Positions 9,792 through 19,200 of a DNA stretch of 64,000 bases are shown one piece after another. A program made the position numbers and the translations under genes. Origin of the DNA: a virus (lineage: Duplodnaviria; Caudoviricetes). Where the stretch lies: IMG/VR virus record IMGVR_UViG_642918882_000001, positions 4,091 to 68,090 of that record; one strand, given 5' to 3'. A model generated the notes under the pieces. That model worked only from the letters and a program-made list of their open reading frames with translations. It ran no database searches and was not told the origin of the DNA. Position 1 is the first letter of the stretch. Each line of letters begins with the position of its first letter.

Positions 9792-10397
9792 ATGCCCGCA
9801 GGTATCGAGGTCGTGGTCGAGGACGGCTTCGCCACGATCGACTTCCTGGATCCCAAGCTCAAGGGTCCGGCGCTCGGCCGTCTCATCGAGTCCGGCGGTC
9901 CCGGCGTCGTGGAACCGCTGACCCGAGAGAAGGGCTCGCCGCGCAAGCGGTACCGCGTCCCCGAGGGCAACGCGCGCGAGGCGGGCCTGCTGGACGAGGC
10001 CCGCGAGGTCGACGCGCTGGTCAGCAACGTGCTGGAGAGCGGTGTCGACGCGCACGGCAGCGCTCCGGACCTGCCGACCAGTGCGAACGCTCACTCGCAG
10101 ACCACCCGCTCCGGCTCCTATTCGGCCGCCTACGGCGGCGAGAACAACCCGACGCCGGAAGTACCGGCGGAGGCCCTCTCGACCGTCTCCGTGGCGGTAG
10201 GGGCGGCGCAACCGTGGGATGAACCGGCCGTGCCGCAGGAACTCCCCGTGGCGGAGAAGGCCTATCCCGAGGGCGAGCCGGACGACGAGTGGACTCGGCC
10301 GGAACTCAACGCGTACGCCACCGATCACGGCATCGAGGGCGCGGCCAACTTCCCGAACAAGGCAGCGCTGCTCAAGGCCATCAAGGACGCGGAGTGA
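9792..10397 (+). CDS. hypothetical virion-associated protein with C-terminal HeH/SAP-like motif
   Basis: C-terminus WTRPELNAYATDHGIEG...NKAALLKAI; good SD. Confidence 0.65.
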   Translation: MPAGIEVVVEDGFATIDFLDPKLKGPALGRLIESGGPGVVEPLTREKGSPRKRYRVPEGNAREAGLLDEAREVDALVSNVLESGVDAHGSAPDLPTSANAHSQTTRSGSYSAAYGGENNPTPEVPAEALSTVSVAVGAAQPWDEPAVPQELPVAEKAYPEGEPDDEWTRPELNAYATDHGIEGAANFPNKAALLKAIKDAE

Positions 10398-10828
10398 CTC
10401 GGGTAACTACGTTTTGGCGGGCCGTCGTCACGGCGCTCTACGGCGTCGTGACGTGGCTTCGCGCCCTGATCCCCGCCAGTAAGCGCGAGAGCTTCTACCG
10501 TGGGGTCTCCGGCGTGGTCACCGCCCTGTTCGGTCTTGGAGTCATCTCGGGCCAGGAGGCAACGCTTTGGACGCAGCAAGGGATCTCGACGGTTACTCTG
10601 CTGTTCGCCCTGCTCCATTCCACCTCGAAGTGGCGAACGGCGCTGTATCTGGTCATCGTCGCCGCCGGACCTCTCCTCGCGCTCTACGGCTGGTCGACGG
10701 AGGAAACGTGGGCCTTGGTGGTCGGGGCCGCAGCGCAACTGCTGGGCATCACCACGGCGGCGGCGAAGACTATCCAGGTCGGGGATCAGCTCTCGACTAC
10801 CCTGCCGGAACCGACGACGGACCCGTAA
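10394..10828 (+). CDS. putative holin / multi-pass membrane protein
   Basis: GTGA overlap with the upstream stop; about 4 hydrophobic segments. Confidence 0.6.
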   Translation: MTRVTTFWRAVVTALYGVVTWLRALIPASKRESFYRGVSGVVTALFGLGVISGQEATLWTQQGISTVTLLFALLHSTSKWRTALYLVIVAAGPLLALYGWSTEETWALVVGAAAQLLGITTAAAKTIQVGDQLSTTLPEPTTDP

Positions 10829-10830
10829 CC

Positions 10831-11292
10831 ATGACGGGGGCGGAATTGCAGCGTCTCGCCGATCGGGTGGCCGACGAGTACACGACACTGCTCGACTTCG
10901 CCCGCACCGTCACCGCCCTGATCAGCGCCCTGCCGGTCGTCTACGGCGTCCTGACGCTCGTCGTCGGTCAGCCGTTGTGGGCCGGATCCCCGGCGTACAC
11001 GGCGGCGCTGCGCGTCCCTCACGCTCCGCAGTCGTGGGGAACGGTGTTCATCGTCATCGGCATCGGACTTCTGCTCTCTGAATGGAGGCGGAGCCACCTG
11101 TGGATGTCGGTGTTCACGATCTCCACGGCGCTGGTACTCGGCATGTTCATGGTCGCCTTCGGGATGGCCGTCATCGAGCACGGAATCTTGGGCGGGCTGC
11201 CGCCGACCGTTGTCTACGGGATCCTCTCGCTGCTGTTCCTGGCGCGCGCGCGATTGTCGTGGGCTGCGTACCGGCGGAAGCGCCGCCAATGA
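10831..11292 (+). CDS. membrane protein
   Basis: Four hydrophobic segments and a basic C-terminus. Confidence 0.7.
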   Translation: MTGAELQRLADRVADEYTTLLDFARTVTALISALPVVYGVLTLVVGQPLWAGSPAYTAALRVPHAPQSWGTVFIVIGIGLLLSEWRRSHLWMSVFTISTALVLGMFMVAFGMAVIEHGILGGLPPTVVYGILSLLFLARARLSWAAYRRKRRQ

Positions 11293-11768
11293 AGCGCCGG
11301 TTCCTGCGAGTCGTCCGACACACCCGGTACGTCTACTCGGGTAGTCCGCCGTTGTACCGGCTGATGATGATCGGCACAGTCCTGTCGGCGGTTGCTCAAG
11401 CCTTCGACCGCGACGCCACCCTCAGCGTGGCCTCGTACCTGCCGACGTGGGCCGATTGGCTCTTCATCGGCGCGCAATTCGTGGCAGGGCTAATGGTGTG
11501 GGCTTCGCTGTATCTGGTGGACGAGAACAGAGAGCACGCCACACGCCTCAACGACAGTCTCTACCTGGAACTTCTCGGCCTGATCGTGATGCAGACTGTC
11601 ATCGCCGTCAATGTCGTCGCGGTGGCGTTCTACTACGGGAGGCAGCCGACAGGCCAGGGGTCGTGGCTCCAGATCATGCTCTCCGTGTGGATCTGGACGC
11701 GGATCCGCGACATCCTGCAAACGCTGCGGAAGCTGCGGGAGCCGGACGAACCGGAGGCTGAGCCATGA
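11289..11768 (+). CDS. membrane protein
   Basis: ATGA overlap; four hydrophobic segments. Confidence 0.7.
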   Translation: MKRRFLRVVRHTRYVYSGSPPLYRLMMIGTVLSAVAQAFDRDATLSVASYLPTWADWLFIGAQFVAGLMVWASLYLVDENREHATRLNDSLYLELLGLIVMQTVIAVNVVAVAFYYGRQPTGQGSWLQIMLSVWIWTRIRDILQTLRKLREPDEPEAEP

Positions 11769-12097
11769 GCGTCTCGCTGGTCTTCACGCTGCTCGGCAGC
11801 GCGGGGTTCCTGGCAGGTGCGGTGGCGTTGTTCCAGTTCCTCAACACGCGGAAGGCGACCAAGAGCAAGGGGTCGGCCGACGCGCTGCTCGCGTGGCGGC
11901 AGTTCACCAGCACGGCCGTCGGGGACGCGGTGGACGATCGCGACCGGATGAAGGTGGAGCGCGACTCGCTCCACCTGATCCGCGCCTCGTTGATCGACCT
12001 GGTGCAAGACCTGATCGTCGCGCTCCGTCGGCACGGGGCGACTCCGGAGGACGTGGAGCCGTACCAAGATCGACTGGACGAGGTCCGCGCGCTCTGA
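11765..12097 (+). CDS. single-pass membrane protein with coiled-coil tail
   Basis: N-terminal TM segment; ATGA overlap. Confidence 0.7.
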   Translation: MSVSLVFTLLGSAGFLAGAVALFQFLNTRKATKSKGSADALLAWRQFTSTAVGDAVDDRDRMKVERDSLHLIRASLIDLVQDLIVALRRHGATPEDVEPYQDRLDEVRAL

Positions 12098-12184
12098 TCG
12101 TTGCACCGCACTCCCCTACTGTTCGAGGTGCCTCGGAACGGCAACACGGCGCAATCGGGCGTCACGGCATAGGAGGGTCCGCAG

Positions 12185-13264
12185 ATGAGCGGCGTCTTTC
12201 CGGTGGTACGCGGCATTCGGATGCGTGCCACCAAGGTCAACTCTTGCGGGCTGCCGATCAGCGGTCCCGCCAACCGGATCGTGACCGACGGCTTCGTCAC
12301 CTTCAACATCGACCCGGTGCTCAAGGACGCGGAGGAGCTGTCGCAGACCAACGCGGCCGGTAAGGAATGCGTCACCGACCGCACTCCGCCGGAGCGGAAG
12401 TGGTACAACATCCAGGCCGAACTCTGCGGTGTCAACACCGGCCTGATCACCCTGCTCAACGGGTGGCCGCAGATCCTCGACTACGACGACAACCCGATCG
12501 GTTTCCGCGACCAGAAGGAAGTGGACGACCAGTTCGGCGTCGCCTTCGAGGTCTGGACCGGCGGCAAGTCGGACGACGACTGCCCGACCCCGACCTCGGA
12601 CTCGATCTTCTCGGCTCCGTCGTCCGGCCTCCAGTACGGCTACTTCCTGATCGCGGGCAAGGAGTTCACGCTCGGCGCGATCAATATCGGCGCGCAGGTG
12701 TCGACGTTCACGCTGTCCGGAATCTCGATCGCCATCCCGCATTGGGGACGGGGTCCGTACAACGTCGCCGCCACCGACGCGTCCGGCACTCCCGGCCGTC
12801 TGCTGGAGCCGATGGACGAGGACTCTCACTTCGCGGTGTTCCGTACGCCGGTCGCGCCGCCCGAGGTCACCAACGGCGGCGAGCCTCTGCCGCTGGACAT
12901 CCTCGGGAAGTTCGTCGCGCCGAACTACTACTTCGGCGGATCCGGCGGCGAACCGGCTGCGGACGTGGCACCGGACCAGGACGAGGGAACCGCCTACACG
13001 CTGGGCACGACCGGCAGCGTCACGGCGGGCAACCTCAAGGTCAAGGTCAACGGCGTCGAGACGGCGGCGATCGACTGGGACGCCACTGCGAGCGAGGTCA
13101 AGGACGCTCTCGTCGCGGTGGACGATGGTCATGGCGCGGCCGACTGGACCGTCACGGACGGACCGCTCCCCGGCGATGTCGAGATCGTGCCTCCGGCCGG
13201 TGTCGTGCTGACGCTCGGCACCGTGGCCCTTACCGGCGGTTCCGCCTCGCTGTCGCTCAGCTAA
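12185..13264 (+). CDS. major tail protein
   Basis: MRATKVNSCG...QTNAAGKECV motif, strong SD, followed by a terminator. Confidence 0.85.
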   Translation: MSGVFPVVRGIRMRATKVNSCGLPISGPANRIVTDGFVTFNIDPVLKDAEELSQTNAAGKECVTDRTPPERKWYNIQAELCGVNTGLITLLNGWPQILDYDDNPIGFRDQKEVDDQFGVAFEVWTGGKSDDDCPTPTSDSIFSAPSSGLQYGYFLIAGKEFTLGAINIGAQVSTFTLSGISIAIPHWGRGPYNVAATDASGTPGRLLEPMDEDSHFAVFRTPVAPPEVTNGGEPLPLDILGKFVAPNYYFGGSGGEPAADVAPDQDEGTAYTLGTTGSVTAGNLKVKVNGVETAAIDWDATASEVKDALVAVDDGHGAADWTVTDGPLPGDVEIVPPAGVVLTLGTVALTGGSASLSLS

Positions 13265-13274
13265 GGCGCATAGG

Positions 13275-13316
13275 CAACCGGCCCGCTCCCCTCGGGGTGC
13301 GGGCCGGTTGTCGTTT
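13275..13316. terminator. probable bidirectional intrinsic terminator
   Basis: CAACCGGCCCGC...GCGGGCCGGTTG followed by TCGTTT, between convergent genes. Confidence 0.75.
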
Positions 13317-13323
13317 GGCCGGA

Positions 13324-13434
13324 TCACTCGGGCCAACGGGGGACGACCTTCCCGTCGACCACGGTGTACTCGCCGTCGGTGTACTCGTCCACGCTGATAC
13401 CGAGGGCTTCGGCTTTTTCGAGGTAGCTCTGCAT
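13324..13434 (-). CDS. 36-aa protein not in ORF track (MQSYLEKAEALGISVDEYTDGEYTVVDGKVVPRWPE)
   Basis: Complete cassette and SD GGAGG upstream, terminator downstream, GC3-rich codons. Confidence 0.75.
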   Translation of the reverse strand: MQSYLEKAEALGISVDEYTDGEYTVVDGKVVPRWPE

Positions 13435-13440
13435 CTCAAT

Positions 13441-13506
13441 CCTCCGCTTCCGGCGGGTCCGTCCCGCCTGCGTGAACTACAATACCACAATAGTCGGGGT
13501 TGTCAA
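13441..13506 (-). promoter_or_regulatory. repeat cassette
   Basis: TTGACA ACCCCGACTATTGTGG TATTGT AGTTCACGCA GGCGGG ACGGA CCCGCC GGAAGCGGAGG. Confidence 0.85.
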
Positions 13507-13546
13507 CATCCCGCTTCGCCGCAGGCCTACGCGGTACCCTCACCGT

Positions 13547-14305
13547 GTGAGTTGCGACTGGCCGGTGGACACGACGTGTCTCCCTGACGTTCCCGCGCTT
13601 CCGGACGACGCGACGCCGGATCAGGAGGCGGAGCACGAAGCGTCGCTCGCGTCACGCGCGGCGGCTATCTCGATCGCCCGCGACGTGCTGTGGGCCTTGT
13701 CCGGCCGACAGTTCGGCATCTGCCCGCGCAGCGTCCGGCCGTGCCCGAACGGCGTCCGTAACAGGACCGTCGTCGGCCTCATGACCGGGTACGTCCTCAG
13801 CCGGTTCGACGGCCGTTGGTCGCAGTGGCCCTGCGGGTGCGGATCCACCTGCCGCCGGTCCGGCCCGAAGATCATCCACCTGCCCGGTCCGGCGCGGTCG
13901 ATCGAGACCGTGAAGATCGGCGGCGAAGTGCTCGACCCGGCGGCGTACACGCTGGAGGGCGACTACCTGTATCGCACCGACGGCGGCGTGTGGCCGGAGC
14001 AGGATCTCAGCGTCCCGGCGTCGGCACCCGGCGGCTGGGAGGTCGTGTACCGGCAAGGCAACCCCGTCCCTCCCGGCGTCGGGAAGTTCGTCGGCCAGTT
14101 GGCGGCGGAGTTCTTCGCGGCGTGCAACGGTGGGAAGTGCAAGCTGCCGCGCAACGTCACGACGGTCACCCGTAACGGCGTGAGCTACCAGGTGGTCAAC
14201 CCGACCGACGTGTACGCGACGCGCAAGACGGGACTGCCGGAGGTCGACCTCTGGCTCGCCGCCGTCAACCCCTCCCGCATCCCCATGGCACCGACGGTCC
14301 GATGA
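13547..14305 (+). CDS. head-to-tail adaptor
   Basis: LWALSGRQFG.C...VRPC and TGLPEVDLWLAAVNP motifs; start GTG 13547. Confidence 0.75.
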   Translation: MSCDWPVDTTCLPDVPALPDDATPDQEAEHEASLASRAAAISIARDVLWALSGRQFGICPRSVRPCPNGVRNRTVVGLMTGYVLSRFDGRWSQWPCGCGSTCRRSGPKIIHLPGPARSIETVKIGGEVLDPAAYTLEGDYLYRTDGGVWPEQDLSVPASAPGGWEVVYRQGNPVPPGVGKFVGQLAAEFFAACNGGKCKLPRNVTTVTRNGVSYQVVNPTDVYATRKTGLPEVDLWLAAVNPSRIPMAPTVR

Positions 14306-14823
14306 GCGGCCCTGTAGACGCGGCGGTCGACGTGGTTGCGAAAGCGACCATGGCCCTCAAGTTGGCGTTCAACCCCGACGACAAGATTCAGCCCCCACTC
14401 GGCGGCGGATCCAAGACGGTCCGGTTCTTCCACAGCGATCAGGCCCCGCTCTACGCGTTCGACACCATGGCGGCGGACGGCGACACCGACGAGTGCGCCG
14501 AACCGTTCCTGTGGGTCCGTCTCGGTGGCCGGTACCGGACGAAGCGGTTCCCCGACCCGACGCAGGAGCCGGACTGCGAGGCCCCGCGCGTGCTCATGAT
14601 CGAGATGGGCATCGCGCGGTGCGCGGCGCTCGGCGAGACGCTGAATTGGGACGAGGTCGAACGCGAGGCATGGGTGTCGCTGGACGATTCGTACCGGCTC
14701 GAACTCGCGCTCTGCCGGTTCAAGAGCACCGTGGCCGGGCCGGTCTCGTTCGACACCATTGCTCCGTATGGTCCGGAGGGCGGCGTCGTCGCCTGGACCG
14801 CCAGGGTCAACGTCCAGATCTGA
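14302..14823 (+). CDS. putative head-tail connector / tail terminator
   Basis: Synteny, ATGA overlap and PYGPEGG motif. Confidence 0.55.
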   Translation: MSGPVDAAVDVVAKATMALKLAFNPDDKIQPPLGGGSKTVRFFHSDQAPLYAFDTMAADGDTDECAEPFLWVRLGGRYRTKRFPDPTQEPDCEAPRVLMIEMGIARCAALGETLNWDEVEREAWVSLDDSYRLELALCRFKSTVAGPVSFDTIAPYGPEGGVVAWTARVNVQI

Positions 14824-14833
14824 GAGGAACACC

Positions 14834-15205
14834 ATGGCTGAGCAGTACGTGACCATCGAGGGCACCGGCACCGCCGTCATCCTCAAAAAGGGCGAGCGCC
14901 GTCAGGTGGCGTTGACCCCTCGCGTTACGCGCCTGGTCGCGCGCGGGTACGTGCAGATCGTGGAGTACCACGGTCCCGAGGCGGACGATCCGCAGGAGCT
15001 TCCGGACGAGACGGAGCAGGCACCCGAGCCGGAGGTCACCGAGGCCCCGGCCAAGAACGCGTCGGCCGACACGTGGCGGAAGTTCGTCGCCGGTCCTGCC
15101 GGGATCCCCGGCGTCGAGGCGGAGCAGATCGCCGAGACCGGCCGCGACGAACTGATCGCGGCATGGGAGGCGTACACCGAGGCGCAGCGTGGCGGTCACA
15201 GCTAG
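14834..15205 (+). CDS. hypothetical protein
   Basis: SD GAGAGG then ATG (MAEQYVTIEG). Confidence 0.7.
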   Translation: MAEQYVTIEGTGTAVILKKGERRQVALTPRVTRLVARGYVQIVEYHGPEADDPQELPDETEQAPEPEVTEAPAKNASADTWRKFVAGPAGIPGVEAEQIAETGRDELIAAWEAYTEAQRGGHS

Positions 15206-15602
15206 GTACGAACGCAACCCCGTCGGCGAGGCCCGTCAGTTCCAGGTCATCGCGCGGCGGCGATTGTCTCGGATCACGCGCGGCACCGCCAACCAGGCCC
15301 GCGCGGACGTGCCCGTGAAGACCGGCAACCTCGGCCGGTCGATCCGCGAGGATCCGATCGTCGTCGCCGGACCGCTGCGTCTCGACTCCGGCGTCACCGC
15401 GCACGCCGACTATGCCCGGTACGTCCACGACGGCACCAGGGCGCACGTGATCCGGCCGAGGCGTCCCGGCGGCGTCCTCCGATTCACCGTCGGCGGTCGT
15501 GTCGTCTACGCGCGCAGGGTCAACCATCCCGGCACCAAGGCGCGGCCGTTCCTTCGCAACGCGGCCGAACGAGTGGTCGCACGGGAAACGGCGACTTCTT
15601 AG
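15189..15602 (+). CDS. HK97 gp10-like tail completion protein
   Basis: PVKTGNLGRSI, YARYVHDGT and HPGTKARPFLRNA motifs. Confidence 0.75.
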   Translation: MAVTARYERNPVGEARQFQVIARRRLSRITRGTANQARADVPVKTGNLGRSIREDPIVVAGPLRLDSGVTAHADYARYVHDGTRAHVIRPRRPGGVLRFTVGGRVVYARRVNHPGTKARPFLRNAAERVVARETATS

Positions 15603-15640
15603 TGGTAGTGTCGCGCTCGACCCACCTCGGAAGGGACAGC

Positions 15641-16195
15641 ATGACGACTTTCGGCGCGAACGGCACACCGGTCTCCGACGACGCACTGAGCCAGGCGACA
15701 CAGCCAGGGGCACCGACCGTCGCCGATCGGCCCGACACCGCCAGCCTGGCGGCGAAGTTCGCCGAGCAGCATCCGGAGCAGGCCCTCGAACCGATCCCCG
15801 ACGGCGACGGCGGCACCGAGGAGACGGCACCCGGCACCGACATCGAGGTCACCCGTCTCGGCGGCGAACTCGTCAAGTCGACGTGGGAGCACGACTTCCT
15901 GGAGTTTCAGGGCGACAAGCTGGAGATCCGCGTCCCGCAGCAGCAGGCGCTCGCGGCCTACTCGCTCGCCATGTCGCCGTACGTCCCGCCGAAGGTCCGC
16001 AACGACATCTCCGGCATGTTCGTCGTCCGCCACCTGTCGGCGGAGTCGTACGGCGTCGTCATGTCCCGGCTCATGGACCCCGACGATCCGGACTACTCGG
16101 TCGAGACTCTGGGCGAACTCATGGGTGCGATCGTCAACACCGCGCTCCCCGAGATCACGGAGACGATCGAGAAGGACGCCAAGGCATCGAAGTAG
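15641..16195 (+). CDS. tail assembly chaperone
   Basis: Immediately upstream of the tape measure gene; SD GGAAGGG. Confidence 0.65.
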   Translation: MTTFGANGTPVSDDALSQATQPGAPTVADRPDTASLAAKFAEQHPEQALEPIPDGDGGTEETAPGTDIEVTRLGGELVKSTWEHDFLEFQGDKLEIRVPQQQALAAYSLAMSPYVPPKVRNDISGMFVVRHLSAESYGVVMSRLMDPDDPDYSVETLGELMGAIVNTALPEITETIEKDAKASK

Positions 16196-16220
16196 CGCCC
16201 CAGTGCGCTAGCCTGAGCCA

Positions 16221-19200
16221 GTGACCTCCCCGAACGCTGGCCGTATCACCGTCGGTCTGTCGATCGACGGTCGCGACATCGGGGACCAGATCACCGACGC
16301 GATCTCACGGCACCTGCAACCGGCGCTGGAGAAGATCGAACTCACCCTTCAGAAGGTCCAGCGCGAGTACGCCAACACGTACCGCGCGGCCGACAAGTCC
16401 GCAGCCCGTCAGGTCATCGCCAACCGTCGTGTCGTCGGCTCACTCCGCACGATCGAACTCGCTCTCCGGCGCGTCGAGGCCGGATACGAGCGCGTCGCTC
16501 TCGCCGCCGAACGGTCGGCCGCTCGTCAGGTGATCGCCAACCGCGCGGCGGCGGCGTCCCAGACCGGTACCGGCGGTGGTGGCCCTCCACGCGTCGGCGG
16601 ATCCGGCGGAGGAGGCGGCGGCGGTACCCACCGTGGCGGCTTCATGCAGGGCGGCAAGGGCACGTACGGATTCCTCACGTCCCCCGTCGGCCTGGCCGGT
16701 ATCGGCCTCGGCGTCAACGCGCTCCCTGCCGCGACGCTGGCCGTCACAAACCTGCTCGGCGCGATCCAGGCGCTCGGGCAGTCTGCGGGTGTCGTCCCCG
16801 GTGTCGTGGCCGGTGTAGCGGCGTCGTTCGGCACCATGAAGCTCGCCACCGTCGGCCTCTCGGACGCGATCGAGGCCGTGTGGGAGGCGGCGAAGTCCGG
16901 TGACGCCAAGGACTTGGAGAAGGCCACCGAGGCGCTCAAAGAGATGGCTCCGGCGGCGGCGGAACTGGCGACGTTCCTCGGCAAAGACCTCCGGCCCGCG
17001 CTGGTCGACATTCAGAAGCTCGCCGCGCAGGGCGTGTTCGAGGGCATCACGTCCGACCTGCGCGGTCTCACCGACAAGGCGCTGCCGGTAGCGCAACGGG
17101 GGATCAAGCAGGTCTCGTCGGCGTGGAACAACACGCTCAAGGAACTGATCCGCGTCGGCGGCAAAGACGAAACCCTGTCGTTTGTCGACCGTATCTTCGG
17201 AAACACCGCCGAGGCACAGAACCGGGCAAACAAGGCGATTGAGCCGTTCGTGTCGGCGATCGGGAAGCTGACAGCGGAGTCGTCCGACTTCCTGCCGCGC
17301 CTGGCCGACGGTCTGACCAAGGTCGGCGAACGGTTCAACAACTGGATCACGAAGATCGTGGACAACGGCGATCTCGACCGGTGGATCAACGAGGGCATCG
17401 AGGCCGTCGGGCACTTCGGCAACGCGCTGCTCAACATCGGGAAGATCCTCACCTCGATCACGAAGGCAGCGGGCGGCGACGGCGGATTCCTGAAGTGGCT
17501 GGACGAGGCCACCGAGAAGCTCGCCACGTTCCTCGCGTCCGACGAGGGCCAGCAGAAGCTCATCGACTTCTTCAATGACGCACGGGAACGCGGCAAGGAA
17601 TGGCTGCCGGTCCTCAAAGACCTGGTGTCCCTCGGCGGCGACGTGCTCAAGGCGTTCGACAACTGGGGGAAGGTCATCCTGCCGATCCTCGGCACGATCG
17701 CGGACGTGCTCACCGGTATGCCCAGCCTGGTCACCGGAGTGCTCACGGCGTTCATCGCGTGGAAGTCCATCTCGGGCATCATCGGCGGCATCGGAGGCCT
17801 TCTCGGGAAGCTGCCGGGTCAGGCGACCGGCGCGGCGACCGGCATCAATTCGGCGCTGAGCAAGATCGTCCTCCCGGCGGCGCTCGCCCCTCTCCTGTAC
17901 TCGCAGACCAACGGGTTGCAGGCACCGGACGCGAGCACGGGCGAACGTCTCGCCGGACTCGGGATCAACGTCGCGGGCGGCGCGGCGCTCGGCGCGCAGT
18001 TCGGCCCGTGGGGCATCGCCCTCGGTGCCATGATCGGCGCTGGCGTGACGTTGTTCCAGTCCACGAAGCAGAGGTTGGACGAGGCCAAGGCGGAGTGGGA
18101 AAAGGCGTGGCAGGAGGACCACGACGCCGGACCGACCCGTGAAGGCTCGCCGGAGGGACAGTTGGCGGCGCTCCCCGCACTGCGGGCGCAGCGGCTCCCG
18201 TCGCTCTACAACCCCGACGGCACGCTCAAGCCGACCGGACCGGACGTGCTCCGGCAAATGCTGGAGAACGGAACCATCCAGGGCGGATACACCCTGGCAC
18301 CGGACGGATCGACCGTGCTCGGACCGAACGGCGAGCCGTTGATCACGCTGCCTCCGCCCAGCGCGGCGGTGACTCCCGGCGCGACACAGTACGACCCGAT
18401 CTCCGGCCTGCCGAACAACCTGCCTCCGCAGCAGTTGCCCGGTGCGCAGCCGCCGCCGAACCTCCCTCCGGCACCGAGGACGGTCGTCAATCCGCCGATC
18501 CCGACGCCGTCCAATCTGCCTGCCAACACCGAGGCCCCCGAGGATCTGGCGGGACTCCTCGGCGCGGTACCGCAGGCCAGCCAGCAGGTGCAGCAGTTGG
18601 CGTCGGAGGTTCGCGACCTCCCCGAGGGCGAGATCAAGATCAAGGATCCGTCGCCGGAGTTGCTGGAGAACCTCGACAAGGTCGACGCGACGATCACGAA
18701 GGTCAGCGACAACGAGATCGTCGTCAAGGCCAACACCGACGAGGCCCAGAAGAAGATCGACGCGTTCGCGCTCAAGATCAAGCAGCAGACGTTCCCGCTC
18801 AACTTCACCGCGCAGGTCACGCCGCCGAACCTCCCTCCGGCCGTCGTGCCTCAGCCGCGCGCCATGGGCGGCGGCATCTACGGCGGGATCCCCGGCAAGG
18901 ACTCCGTCCCGGCACTGCTCATGCCCGGTGAGCACGTGCTGACGGCGAGCGACGTTATCGCCATGGGCGGGCAGGCTGCCGTGTACGCGTTCCGGCGCGG
19001 CCTGCACCGGTACGCGGACGGCGGCGAAGTTCCCCACCTCGGCACCGGAGCACTGCCCGGTCCCGGCGGCGACACCGTTCTCGGCGTGCTCCAGCAGATC
19101 CGCGACCTGCTCGCAGGCAAGGGCGGGTCGTCCTCGAACCCCCTCGCCGCCACAGCGGACGCGGTGTCGACGTTGGCGGACCAGACGACCGGCGGGGGCG

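Noticed and set aside
13449-13468. Cassette hairpin interpreted as an intrinsic terminator
   Set aside because: There is no U-tract, and it always lies between a -10 box and an SD rather than after a stop codon.
15641-16221. Canonical G/GT frameshift immediately before the tape measure gene
   Set aside because: Only 25 bp separate the chaperone stop from the tape measure start, and I saw no slippery heptamer or second ORF.
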